DNA from: Candidatus Hydrogenedentota bacterium
GTDB lineage: Bacteria; Hydrogenedentota; Hydrogenedentia; Hydrogenedentales; SLHB01
NCBI GenBank assembly: GCA_963668025.2
Contig: CAXXTH010000017.1
Span: forward strand, 352,001-416,000
Length of the DNA stretch: 64,000 nt
Direction of reading: 5' to 3'
Below, piece after piece: positions 9,017 to 18,826 of this stretch (position 1 is the first letter of the stretch; each line of letters opens with the position of its first letter). The notes beneath the pieces were generated by a model, which was not told the DNA's origin, made no database searches, and was given only the letters and a program-made list of their open reading frames with translations. Both the position numbers and the translations under genes were made by a program.

Positions 9017-9691
9017 ATGAGAGTGCTGGTCGTAGAAGATGAAAAACAGATAGCGTCTTTCGTACGTAAAGGCCTGGAGGAGCAAGGCTTTGACGTGCAG
9101 GTCTGCGGCAATGGCGACGAGGCGTATGCGATCGCGGTTACGCAGCCGTTTGATGTGCTCGTCCTAGATATCATGCTGCCCGGCCGCGATGGACTCAGCA
9201 TCCTAAAGAATCTCCGCAAGCAAAAAAATCCCGTGCCGGTCATTTTGCTTACGGCCCGCTCCGAGTTGGATGAACGTATAGAAGGCCTCGAGCTGGGCGC
9301 TGATGACTACATGACAAAGCCGTTTTTCGTCGAAGAACTCGTGGCGCGCATTCATGCGGTCGTGCGCCGAACGGCGGGCGAGGGACTGAGCATCTTGAAT
9401 GCAGGCGGATTATCGGTGAACCTGCTTTCCCGCGAAGCGAAACATAATGGGGAGCCGGTCCACCTTACCGTCCGGGAATTCAGCTTGCTCGAATATCTCA
9501 TGCGCGCCCCGGGCCGCGTATTCACCCGCACGCAGATCCTCGAACATGTATGGGGGTATGATTTCGACCCCAACACCAATCTCGTGGATGTGCATATCCA
9601 GCGCTTGCGCAAAAAGATCAGTGCGGACTCTTTCGAGCGCTACATCGAGACCGTGCGCGGCGTGGGATACCGTTTCCGCAAAATGCCCTGA
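9017..9691 (+). CDS. OmpR/PhoB-family response regulator (CusR/CopR-like), probably leaderless
   Basis: MRVLVVEDE, LDIMLPGRDG, GADDYMTKPF, VWGYDFDPNTNLVDVHIQRLRKK, ETVRGVGY; TG-A-TATACT lies 7 nt before the ATG. Confidence 0.95.
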   Translation: MRVLVVEDEKQIASFVRKGLEEQGFDVQVCGNGDEAYAIAVTQPFDVLVLDIMLPGRDGLSILKNLRKQKNPVPVILLTARSELDERIEGLELGADDYMTKPFFVEELVARIHAVVRRTAGEGLSILNAGGLSVNLLSREAKHNGEPVHLTVREFSLLEYLMRAPGRVFTRTQILEHVWGYDFDPNTNLVDVHIQRLRKKISADSFERYIETVRGVGYRFRKMP

Positions 9692-9701
9692 GCAGGAGTT
9701 C

Positions 9702-10472
9702 CTATCTCGAACCGCCATGCCGTTCAAGGCGGAAGGCTTCCCCATCCCACACGACATATGATTGGTGATTCATCCAATCGCCAGTATTGATGTATAGCCG
9801 TACTCCATGTGGTGTGGAGATGTGTTCCAGCATCGGATGATGGCTATGCCCGCACATGACCACGTCCGCTTCATCCCGTTCGAGGACGCCGCGCGCGAAA
9901 CGCAGCAACGCCTCGACTTCCGGCCCCTTGCTAAGGTCTTCCGCGCCGAACATGTGGCGGCTGCCCCGGGATACTCTCTGGGCGAGCGCCATGGCCCAAT
10001 CGGGATGAAGCAGTCGAAAAAGGCCGATTACGAGCGGCGCGCGGGCAATGCGCTTATAAATCCGGTAGGCCCGGTCCTCGGGATTGATGCCATCGCCGTG
10101 GGCGAAAAGCACGCGCTGGCCGCCAAAATCCAGTGTTACCGGTTCGCAATGAATCTCGAATCCCAGGTAATCCCGTAAAAAGCGTCCCGCCCAAAAATCA
10201 TGGTTGCCACACACGAAATGGAACGCCATGCCATGATCGCGCAGATCCACGAAGGCCCGCAATACATGAAAATAGTCCGAAAAAATCACATGGCGGTACT
10301 CGAACCAAAAATCAAAGAGATCGCCCAACAGAATCATCCGCTGGAATCGGGCGGGATCGACGCCACGGAGAAAGGCCGTGAAATGCTCCATGTTTTCCCG
10401 TCCGTCGGGGGCCACATTGAGATGGATATCCGACAAGATCAAGGTGTTCTTGGCGGGGAACAGGCCGGTCAT
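9702..10472 (-). CDS. lpxH: UDP-2,3-diacylglucosamine diphosphatase (LpxH-like metallophosphoesterase)
   Basis: SDIHL, GDLFDFWFEY, GNHD, HGD and GHSH motifs. Confidence 0.85.
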   Translation of the reverse strand: MTGLFPAKNTLILSDIHLNVAPDGRENMEHFTAFLRGVDPARFQRMILLGDLFDFWFEYRHVIFSDYFHVLRAFVDLRDHGMAFHFVCGNHDFWAGRFLRDYLGFEIHCEPVTLDFGGQRVLFAHGDGINPEDRAYRIYKRIARAPLVIGLFRLLHPDWAMALAQRVSRGSRHMFGAEDLSKGPEVEALLRFARGVLERDEADVVMCGHSHHPMLEHISTPHGVRLYINTGDWMNHQSYVVWDGEAFRLERHGGSR

Positions 10473-11116
10473 TTGAGGAAGCCGAATTTGCTCAGTGGCC
10501 AGAAACGGAGGACGGCCTTGCCCACGATAGCTTTGTCGTGGATAGCTTTAAAACTCCGGCTGTCCTTGCTGACGCTTCGGTTATCACCCAAAACATAATA
10601 CTCACCTGTCGCCAGTCGGACCTCGGGATCGCGTTCCCGCCTGTCCATGGCGTCTTTAGGGAGATAATTTTCTTCAACAGGATGATTATCGACAAATACG
10701 CGCCCTTCCGCGATACGGACCGATACATAGGGCTCCGCGGATTCTTGAGCGCCCACGACATTGCCCCGGGGTGCGGGCGGGCCTTCCGCGATCACCCGCT
10801 TCACATACCGTTTATTGGAGCTGTCGGGGCTGTCGAAAATGATAATGTCCCGGGGCTTGATGGCTTGGACGCCGCCCAGGAGCCCCATGCTGCTCAATAA
10901 GTGGGGCAATTTAAAAACGAGTATCTGGTCGTTTTCCTGAAGCGTGGGCAGCATGGACTCGCCTTGAACTTCATATCCTTCAATGACGAATGATTTGAGC
11001 ACGATGAAAATCGCTAGGAACAGCACGACGAGCTTCACGAGTTCACGCACTTCGCGTTTCAACTCGCGCTTCACTTCATCCGGAGTCTTTTCCGTGCTCG
11101 ATGGGTTCCCGTTCAC
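10469..11116 (-). CDS. lepB: Signal peptidase I
   Basis: GESMLPTL, YVKRVIA, GDNRSVSKDSR and RFWP motifs. Confidence 0.95.
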   Translation of the reverse strand: MNGNPSSTEKTPDEVKRELKREVRELVKLVVLFLAIFIVLKSFVIEGYEVQGESMLPTLQENDQILVFKLPHLLSSMGLLGGVQAIKPRDIIIFDSPDSSNKRYVKRVIAEGPPAPRGNVVGAQESAEPYVSVRIAEGRVFVDNHPVEENYLPKDAMDRRERDPEVRLATGEYYVLGDNRSVSKDSRSFKAIHDKAIVGKAVLRFWPLSKFGFLK

Positions 11117-11120
11117 CTGT

Positions 11121-11750
11121 TCATGTTCCTTTTTGCCGGCAGGGCGCTACTTGAAATCTACCATGCTTCAAGGCCTTCTGCAAATCCGGCATGTTTTGTA
11201 TGGGGTCGAGAAACTCCGTCGTGAAACGCCCCACGTCACGCAACACATGGGCGTCGCTCGCGGCAATTCCTGGAACCCGAACGGTTTGGGCGATCTTGGC
11301 CGCGAGTTTGCGTTCATGCTCTTGCATGTTCACGCTGCACACTTCCATGGCAGCCAGCTTGAGTGTCAGAAGCCGTTCGTCAAAACCCATGCCCGCTCGA
11401 GTAGGATGGGCCGCCACACATACCGCGCCAAATTCATGGGCGATGCGAATGGCCTCGGCGGGCTCCCAGCCGCGCTTGAAAGACGCCACGGCGTGGGCCG
11501 GAACGCCATATATCAGCAGATCGCCTTTGTTCGATGTATACTCGAAACCAGAAAGCACTAGAAAACCAAGATGCCCGGATTGCTTCACTAGCGCGTCCAG
11601 TTCATCTTGCGGCCATTGCTGGTGGTGTTCCGTTATGACCAGCCCATCCACGCCCGCCGCAATGGCTTGGGCGATAAGCCGGGAGGGGTCAATCTGGCTG
11701 CAAGCCGAATACCGTTTCGTATGCAGATGGATATCGAGAAATAGCCCCAT
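11121..11750 (-). CDS. PHP domain phosphoesterase
   Basis: DIHLHT, ITEHH, AHP and SDAH motifs. Confidence 0.9.
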   Translation of the reverse strand: MGLFLDIHLHTKRYSACSQIDPSRLIAQAIAAGVDGLVITEHHQQWPQDELDALVKQSGHLGFLVLSGFEYTSNKGDLLIYGVPAHAVASFKRGWEPAEAIRIAHEFGAVCVAAHPTRAGMGFDERLLTLKLAAMEVCSVNMQEHERKLAAKIAQTVRVPGIAASDAHVLRDVGRFTTEFLDPIQNMPDLQKALKHGRFQVAPCRQKGT

Positions 11751-11757
11751 GCGCCGC

Positions 11758-12858
11758 CTATGCCCGAGAACCTGCCGTTAGCCCGAGCACGGCTGGGATC
11801 GGCGAATCCGTACGATAACGCGGAACCAGTATTTCCTGGCCGCCCACCAATTGCCGTGCGAGGAACAAAATAGATGCGGGATGAACATAGGCCAGTTCTT
11901 TAAGGTATTGCCACCACGCACCTCCCTGGATAACGCGGCCGAGCAACATGGCGGTCACGCGCATGGGATCGCCGCCGAGCTGGGCTTCCATATTTTCCGC
12001 TAAGACGGCTCCCGAACGCTCTCCTTCTTCCAAGATGTGCTGGAGGCGTTGCTGAATATCTTGGGCCAAATGGCACGCATCGTGATACCGTTGAAGAAAT
12101 TCACCCCAGCCGGGATCACGCTGGCGCACGATTTCATTGAGCAATCCCACTTGCACCTCCAGCGGGCGCTCCTCGAGGGCCGCCGCCGCATGGGGGCTTA
12201 AAAGCAAATAAGAAAAGGCCATGCGCAGGAAATGGCTGGCCTCTTGCATGGGCAGGCTGTCTTCAGGGCGCTGGGGATACTCGCCATGCAGCATCAAAGC
12301 GCGCTTTTGGAAGTCCGGCACCAGGGGCAATGGTTCCGGGAAAGCGGCATAATTGTATTCCAGCCCGCTGGCTATCAGGTAGCCCCGTGCGGCTTTCACG
12401 AAGTTTTTCGCGTCGAGCGCCGCTTCCGCTTGCCGGTAGAATTCTTCTTGCATGCGCCCACGCACGCGCAACAACTCATAGGCTTGGGCCGCACTGGTGT
12501 ATTTGCCCAGCCGCACCGCGTTGTCGGCTAAGAGCATGAGCAATTCCGACGGAAGCCGGGCGGGACGGTCTGCTTTGAGTTCTTGTTGAATATGCGCCCA
12601 TGTCTGCCGCTCTTGAACCCGTTTGAGGATTTCTCGAAACGCATAAGTTTCTTCTTCTTGCCCGGGCAGCAGATAAGCATATTTGGGTGAATCAAAAAAC
12701 TCGGTTTCACTACCGCGCGCGGGCGAAAACGGCATGAACAAAAGCCGGAAATTGACAATATCGCCATCGGCTATCGCCTTCGCCAGTGCCTTCGCCACGA
12801 TTTCGGGCTCTGGCGCTACTAGGTCTTCCGCTTTTTTTTTGCGCCGCAGCCATGCCAT
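11758..12858 (-). CDS. Hypothetical alpha-helical protein
   Basis: Long ORF starting MAWLRRKKK, closely following the J-domain gene. Confidence 0.7.
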   Translation of the reverse strand: MAWLRRKKKAEDLVAPEPEIVAKALAKAIADGDIVNFRLLFMPFSPARGSETEFFDSPKYAYLLPGQEEETYAFREILKRVQERQTWAHIQQELKADRPARLPSELLMLLADNAVRLGKYTSAAQAYELLRVRGRMQEEFYRQAEAALDAKNFVKAARGYLIASGLEYNYAAFPEPLPLVPDFQKRALMLHGEYPQRPEDSLPMQEASHFLRMAFSYLLLSPHAAAALEERPLEVQVGLLNEIVRQRDPGWGEFLQRYHDACHLAQDIQQRLQHILEEGERSGAVLAENMEAQLGGDPMRVTAMLLGRVIQGGAWWQYLKELAYVHPASILFLARQLVGGQEILVPRYRTDSPIPAVLGLTAGSRA

Positions 12859-12860
12859 AC

Positions 12861-13445
12861 CTAATTCCTCTCCGCCAAAATAGCTGCTACAGTCTTTGCC
12901 CGCTCCTCCCAGTTCACTTGAGGCGGCGTGACATGCACATATGGCAGCCGCTCGAGTATCTGCTGGTAGAGTGTTTGCCGGTAATGCCGCAAAATACGGA
13001 AGGCATGGCGTTCGTGCGCCATGTCCCAATTGCTGGCCTCGACGCATTCTTTATTGCGTCCGGCATCGAGCATGGTTTCTTCGATATACCGCGACAGAAA
13101 ATCCCGAATCCGGCGGTCAAAATCACGGCGAAGCTGTTCCGCCTCCGGCTGCCCGGCTTCAACCGCGGCGCACCAAGCTGCTTCAAGCTCTATCAGGCCG
13201 TTGCGCTCATTCCAGTACGCTTCGCGCAACGCACTATCGCTCAAGATCATAAACGCCGCGTTGAGCTGGGCCATTTCGAGCAGATACCGCGAACGCCGCT
13301 CTTCGGTAATCTCGACTTCGGCGATTTCGCACACGAGATTCTTCATGCGCCGCCGGTACTCTTTGCGCACTTCGCCAGGCTTCGCATCTATGGGAAGGCC
13401 CAGTATGGCGAAATAATCGATGTATCCGTCTTCTCGATTTTCCAT
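12861..13445 (-). CDS. J-domain-like (DnaJ-type) protein lacking HPD
   Basis: DYFAILGL...EVRKEYRRRM...MAQLNAAFMILSDSALREAY. Confidence 0.75.
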   Translation of the reverse strand: MENREDGYIDYFAILGLPIDAKPGEVRKEYRRRMKNLVCEIAEVEITEERRSRYLLEMAQLNAAFMILSDSALREAYWNERNGLIELEAAWCAAVEAGQPEAEQLRRDFDRRIRDFLSRYIEETMLDAGRNKECVEASNWDMAHERHAFRILRHYRQTLYQQILERLPYVHVTPPQVNWEERAKTVAAILAERN

Positions 13446-13521
13446 GAATCACCTATGTTTTGGCCGAACCCGTATTGTAGACGCTCGATACCCCTCGGGA
13501 CAAGGCCGGCGGCCTAAACCC

Positions 13522-13591
13522 GCAGCCTGGGCGTCTCGCCCATGAAAAGTAGGCGCCAGCGCGTGCAACATGGGCGGGACGCCCATGCTAC
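13522..13591. repeat. REP doublet (REPIN-like)
   Basis: GCAGCCTGGGCGTCTCGCCCATG ... CATGGGCGGGACGCCCATGCTAC as an inverted pair. Confidence 0.8.
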
Positions 13592-13638
13592 GTTCGAGAA
13601 TCATCGGGCTGTTTATTTGCCATATCGCTGGGTGTCCT

Positions 13639-16107
13639 TTACGGCAGGCGGAGGTAATCATCGGCGGCGGACTCCTCTTGAGACGCCTGTCCGCCCGTGC
13701 GGACAATGCGCACGTCCAGCGGCCCCATGGTATCAATATGGATATCCCGCTGCGGGTAGGCGATGGAAATGCCCGCTTCCCGGAAAAGCTTGTCAATACG
13801 AAACCGTATATCGCTCGCCACGACACGGGAATCCGTAGACTCGGCCAGTTCGAGCCAGTAATAGGCGGTGAAGGCCAGGGCGTTATCTCCAAAATCCTCG
13901 AAGAGCACGAGCGGCTCGGGATTTTGTAGAATCTTCCCATGCTCCTCGAGCACCAGCATCATCAGTTTCGATACTTCCCGCACCGGCGAGCCATACGCCA
14001 CGCCGACGCTGACTTGGAATCGGATAATACGGTCTGACAGCGTCCAGTTGGTTACATTCTTCTCGAGGAAAGAACTGTTGGGCACCAGAATCTCGATGCC
14101 GTCAAAGCGCCGCACTTGGGAACAGCGCGCCCCGATGGACGATATGCGGCCATGAACGCCATCGACACTGATGATATCGCCCACTTTGATGGGACGCTCG
14201 ATGAGCATGAGCAGCCCGCTGATGAAATTGTTGATCAGGTTCTGCGCACCAAAACCCACGCCGATGGCCAATGCGCCTCCAAAGAATGCAAAGACCGTGA
14301 GAGGAATCTTAACCGTGTTCAGCGCAAAAAACACGGCCACGAGAATAAGCAGGTAATATACGCTCGTTTGAATGGGGGCTGCCCGCCCCTCATCCAAATG
14401 AAAGCGCTGCGCCACGACCCGGCGGATCAACGCGGAAATGCGGCGTGCGAATAAAAGGCCCGCGAATAGCAAGAGCAGGGCATATGCCACTTTGCTGGCG
14501 GTAATGCTGCGTTTGGCCCCATTTTCCTCCACGGTGAACAATTCAAAATCCCAAATGGTTTCAACGTGCCGGGCAATCTTGACAGCGCTCGAGCGAAGGC
14601 GCTCCCATAGGGATACATTGAGCGTGCGTTCTTCGAGTTCGCTCTGCCAGCGGCGCAGCAATTGCTCGACATCTTTCATCCGATTAGACATCTGAGTCAT
14701 TTTTGCCGCGCGCTCTTCGTAGGCCTTGAGCGTGTCTTCCGCCTGCGTTTTCGTGCTGGCTCCCGCCGCGCCCGAAGCGAGCTGCTGGCGCTGGTTGGCC
14801 ACGAGCGTCAGCGCTAATTGCAGATTTGTTTCGGAATATGGCTTCCACTGTTCGATGATCTTCGACATGGACGTGATCATATCGCGCGCATTCGCCAGGC
14901 TATCGTAGCTGGGGTTTTGCGCCACGGCAAAACGGTTGCGCCAGATCTTTTCTTGGGCGGACAACAGATCCTGGTCGATTTGGCTCGATTCGACGACATA
15001 GCGTGCGGTATCGGCGCGGGCTTTACACGCTTCGACGGACGACTCGAGCATGGAAATCCGCTGGGTGTATAATTCCGGCGTCTCTCCTTCCGCTGGCGGA
15101 GTTTCACGGGCGGACTTGAGTTCCGCGCGGGCCTGCTCCAGCGCCGCTTGGGCCGATTCATCCGCCCCTGCCGCCTTATCGAGTTCTTTCTGTAGTGTTT
15201 TCCGATCGGCTGCGATAGTCGCCAGCTTCTCATCCAGCACCGGCTGCGTCAGCACCGCCAACGTGGAAGCAATTGAAATTTTGCGCTGCACGAACTGGAT
15301 GTACTTCCGTTTATTCTCGATGGATTCCTGGGCGGTTTGGCGTTCCGCTTGCGTCAGCGCTAAGGCGGCCCTCGTGGCGAGCACTTCGGCATCCGCCAAG
15401 TCTTTCAGCCATTGAAGCCGGTTCTTTTGCGCCGGATCTTGCACGCTGTCGAGCGCCTCGGCGGCTTTCCGGGCTTTCTGTTCCGCCGTGGCCAAAGCCG
15501 CTTGACTGGCCGCGGCAAAATGGCTGGTGATCGATTCCTCGGCCTCGAGCGCCTCGCTTTCCAATTTGGCGGCATGGCTCGAATCCCGCAGACTGTCCGC
15601 CAGATCAATCGTCGCCTGTTTGGGATCCGAAAACCCTTGCCAGGCGGCGATCTGCGCATCCAAGTCGGCTTCCGCCGCACGCACTTCCTTCAATTTGCGC
15701 AAGGCGTCTTTGTGGCGCTCCAAGCTACGCACCAGAAAACGGTACTGCCGCGTTTGTTCCGCTATCTCTTCCGGCGTCGCGCCAAGCTGTAACGGCGCGC
15801 CGCTCTCTTCCGCTGCTTGCGCCCGGGCATATTGATCTTTGGCTTCAATCTGGGCCGTATCCAGGCGGGCGAGTTCTTCATCAAGTGAAGGCGCGGGCGC
15901 TGGGGCTGGCGAGGCCGCATCTTTGGACGTTTCGCCTACAGCCTTTTGAAGCAGCGTGCTTTGGCCATATACAGGGGCAGCCAGCAGCAACATGCAACAA
16001 CAAAGCATCACCACATAACCGCCGCCGGTTCGCTTCAATATCGGGAAACGTAACGAAATACACATTCGGTGAACCATAACGCTCCTTCTCAATTCCAACC
16101 AATACAA
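13639..16107 (-). CDS. Large mechanosensitive channel, MscK/MscS family (start uncertain)
   Basis: Coiled-coil periplasmic region followed by GVGFGAQNLINNFISG, ERPIKVGD, VPNS, VTNWT, VGVAYGS and FGDNAL. Confidence 0.92.
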   Translation of the reverse strand: MYWLELRRSVMVHRMCISLRFPILKRTGGGYVVMLCCCMLLLAAPVYGQSTLLQKAVGETSKDAASPAPAPAPSLDEELARLDTAQIEAKDQYARAQAAEESGAPLQLGATPEEIAEQTRQYRFLVRSLERHKDALRKLKEVRAAEADLDAQIAAWQGFSDPKQATIDLADSLRDSSHAAKLESEALEAEESITSHFAAASQAALATAEQKARKAAEALDSVQDPAQKNRLQWLKDLADAEVLATRAALALTQAERQTAQESIENKRKYIQFVQRKISIASTLAVLTQPVLDEKLATIAADRKTLQKELDKAAGADESAQAALEQARAELKSARETPPAEGETPELYTQRISMLESSVEACKARADTARYVVESSQIDQDLLSAQEKIWRNRFAVAQNPSYDSLANARDMITSMSKIIEQWKPYSETNLQLALTLVANQRQQLASGAAGASTKTQAEDTLKAYEERAAKMTQMSNRMKDVEQLLRRWQSELEERTLNVSLWERLRSSAVKIARHVETIWDFELFTVEENGAKRSITASKVAYALLLLFAGLLFARRISALIRRVVAQRFHLDEGRAAPIQTSVYYLLILVAVFFALNTVKIPLTVFAFFGGALAIGVGFGAQNLINNFISGLLMLIERPIKVGDIISVDGVHGRISSIGARCSQVRRFDGIEILVPNSSFLEKNVTNWTLSDRIIRFQVSVGVAYGSPVREVSKLMMLVLEEHGKILQNPEPLVLFEDFGDNALAFTAYYWLELAESTDSRVVASDIRFRIDKLFREAGISIAYPQRDIHIDTMGPLDVRIVRTGGQASQEESAADDYLRLP

Positions 16108-16340
16108 CCAACGGGCTATAGCATACCGCGTATTCCACCCGGATGGGAATAGGCGCAGGGCCCCCCTTGTTTACATTAAACAGAGCGGGAATTTCTGGGC
16201 TCCCCCCGGCCCATCCCGCTCCTTCCCGCCTATTCTTGCTTAGAAGCGCCTCACCAGCGGGTGAGGCGCTTCCCCCCAACACAAGAAACGCAAAAACAAA
16301 TTCGCAACACTACATACAGTCGGCTGAAGTAAGATCCATT

Positions 16341-16482
16341 TTTTAGACAGGATTTACAAGATGAGAGAAGATCGCAACGATTCTCTGTAAAGCTATACGA
16401 GGAAGACTCCAAACGTGTTTTTTTACGTGGCGGAATTGCCATCAAATAAAAATCTTGTCAATCCCGCAAATCCGGCCTAAAA
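16341..16482. repeat. Degenerate periodic palindromic element
   Basis: TTTTAGACAGGATTTACAAGATGAGAGAAGAT ... ATCTTGTCAATCCCGCAAATCCGGCCTAAAA. Confidence 0.65.
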
Positions 16483-16513
16483 GAATCCTCCCATGAACGG
16501 AGGTTGGCCTGGC

Positions 16514-16543
16514 ATTCGCATTCATTCGCGTCTATTCGCGGTT
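16514..16543. repeat. Solo arm of a 10-nt-period repeat
   Basis: ATTCGCATTC-ATTCGCGTCT-ATTCGCGGTT; a related solo arm lies at 620-639. Confidence 0.65.
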
Positions 16544-16621
16544 CAAAAATGGACTCCATGGCCCTTATGGGATACAATTCCGCCCGATAAATGCAATCGC
16601 CCCATGTCAAGGAGAAATTTC

Positions 16622-18023
16622 ATGGCTATCCGCCTATATAATACCCTTACACGCAGTAAAGAAGAATTCACGCCCGCCGAGCCGCCAAAGGTCAAGATGT
16701 ACACGTGCGGCCCGACAGTGTACAACTACGCCCATATCGGCAATCTGCGTACGTTCATGTTCGAGGATTTGCTCCGCCGCTTTCTCCAATACCGGGGCTT
16801 CGATGTCAAGCATGTCATGAACCTTACCGATGTGGAAGACAAAATCATCCGAACCTGCCGCGAGACAGGTGTCAAGCGGGAAGAGCTTACCAAGCGATTC
16901 ACACAAGCGTTCTTCGAGGATCTCGATACCTTGGGCATCAAACGCGCGGACGCCTATCCCCGCCGCCACTGAATATATTGATGAGATGGTGGCCATGATC
17001 CAGACCTTGATGCAAAAGGGCCATGCCTATGAGTCAAAGGGCAGCTACTATTTCCGGTTGAGCACCTTTCCTGAGTATGGCAAATTGAGCCATTTCGACA
17101 TCGACATGCTCGAACAAGGCGCAAGCGGCCGCGTGGACAGCGACGAATATGAAACCGACGACGTACGCGATTTCGCTCTGTGGAAGGCCTACGACGAAGA
17201 CGACGGCGCGATCTACTGGGAAACCCCGCTGGGAAAGGGCCGCCCCGGCTGGCATATCGAATGCTCCTGCATGAGCATGAAGCTGCTGGGGCCTTCGCTC
17301 GATATCCATTGCGGCGGTGTGGACAACATGTTCCCCCATCATGAAAACGAGATCGCCCAATCGGAATGCACGACAGGCCAGCCCTTCGTGCGTTATTGGC
17401 TCCACAGCGCTCATTTGCTGGTGGAGAACCGGAAGATGGCGAAATCGTCCGGCAACTTCTTCACCTTGCGCGATCTCCTCGAAAAGGGGCATGACCCCAT
17501 GGCCATTCGATGGGTGCTCCTGGCCACGCATTACCGACAGCCCAGCAATTTCACCTTTGAAGCCCTCGACGCCGCCAAGGAATCCCTGCGCCGCATCGCG
17601 GATTTCCGTGAACGCCTCTCGGGCGTCAAACAAGAAACGGGGCTTGGCCTGGCGGGCGAAATAAATGCGTGCGAAGAGGAATTCGGTGCGGCGCTGGATG
17701 ATGACCTGAACATATCCGGAGCGCTCGGCGTGGTCTTCGAATTTATCCGCAACACCAATAAACGCATGGATAACGGCGAATTGAGCGCCTCGGGCGCGCG
17801 CAACGCATTGGAATTGCTGGATCGGTTCAACGCCGTGGCGGGTGTTTTCGCGCCTGCGCGGAATGATGAAGCGCCGCAAGAAATCCTTGCGCTGGTGCGG
17901 GAACGAGGGGAAGCGCGCCGCTCCCGCAATTTCGCACGGGCCGACGCCATCCGCGATGAATTGGCGGCGCAAGGGTGGGTTATCGAAGACACGCCCGATG
18001 GCCCCCGCGTCAAACGCATCTAG
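16622..18023 (+). CDS. cysS: Cysteine--tRNA ligase, split by a +1 frameshift near 16958-16961 as assembled
   Basis: First frame has MYTCGPTVYNYAHIGN; second frame has DFALWK, GRPGWHIECS, FPHHENE and KMAKS. Confidence 0.95.
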
Positions 18024-18029
18024 CCATTT

Positions 18030-18062
18030 CCCGTGGCATGGGCGGGATCGCCATGCCACGGG
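18030..18062. repeat. REP-like hairpin after cysS
   Basis: CCCGTGGCATGGGCGGGATCGCCATGCCACGGG. Confidence 0.6.
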
Positions 18063-18186
18063 AGCTAGTTTTTTCACCAATAGGTGAGAGCGATGCTGGC
18101 AACGCGGAGGGAATCTTTGCCGTGAACAGGCGGCGTTCTTAGGAATGGGCAAGAATCCCATGCTTCTAATCTGGCGATTTGGATAG

Positions 18187-18214
18187 GGAACCAAACGAGT
18201 CACATCGTGTTTAA
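18187..18214 (+). promoter_or_regulatory. ECF-type (autoregulatory) promoter
   Basis: GGAACC-N16-GTTTAA upstream of the ECF sigma gene. Confidence 0.6.
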
Positions 18215-18229
18215 CTTCATGGAAGCAAG

Positions 18230-18826
18230 GTGCCAAACAGGATGAGCGGCCCGTCAGATTGGGAGCTGGTGTCGCGTGCCCGTGAAGGTAATGACGATGC
18301 CTTTGCGGAATTGGTGCGCCGCTACCAATCGCCAGTCATACACTTTTGCCAGCGCATGCTCGGGTCGTTGCAAGAAGCCGAAGACCTTGCCCAGGAAAGC
18401 TTCATGCGCGTGTATCGCTATTTGCCGCGTCTCAGGCCCGACGCTAAGTTCTCGACGGTCCTGTTCGGCATCACACGCAATCTGGCGCTCAACGCGATTC
18501 GAGACGGCAAGCGCCGGGGCCGGGGCGCTGCTGTTTCGCTCTCACAAGACGCAAACGGCGAATGGGAGCGCCCGATTCCCGATAAACGCGCACAGCCCGA
18601 TGAAGCCGCCCGGCGTATGGAAATTGAATCGTTGCTGGCGCAAGCCCTGGAGGGCTTGTCGCCAGAACATCGTGAAGTGCTCTTGTTGCGGGAATTTCAA
18701 GGCATGGACTACGAGACGATTGCCCGCATCGTCCAGACGCGCCCAGGCACGGTGAAAAGCCGGCTGGCCCGTGCGCGGGAGCAGCTTCGAGCGCGATTGA
18801 TTGCGCTCGGAGGGGAGTTGGTGTGA
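18230..18826 (+). CDS. ECF RNA polymerase sigma factor (RpoE/SigW-like)
   Basis: AFAELVRRYQ, AEDLAQESF and YETIARI...GTVKSRLARAR motifs. Confidence 0.95.
   Translation: MPNRMSGPSDWELVSRAREGNDDAFAELVRRYQSPVIHFCQRMLGSLQEAEDLAQESFMRVYRYLPRLRPDAKFSTVLFGITRNLALNAIRDGKRRGRGAAVSLSQDANGEWERPIPDKRAQPDEAARRMEIESLLAQALEGLSPEHREVLLLREFQGMDYETIARIVQTRPGTVKSRLARAREQLRARLIALGGELV

Noticed and set aside
16127-16141. T-box-like GGGTGGAATACGCG near cysS
   Set aside because: It lies on the strand opposite to cysS, has no stem I or terminator context, and falls in the probable mscK promoter region.
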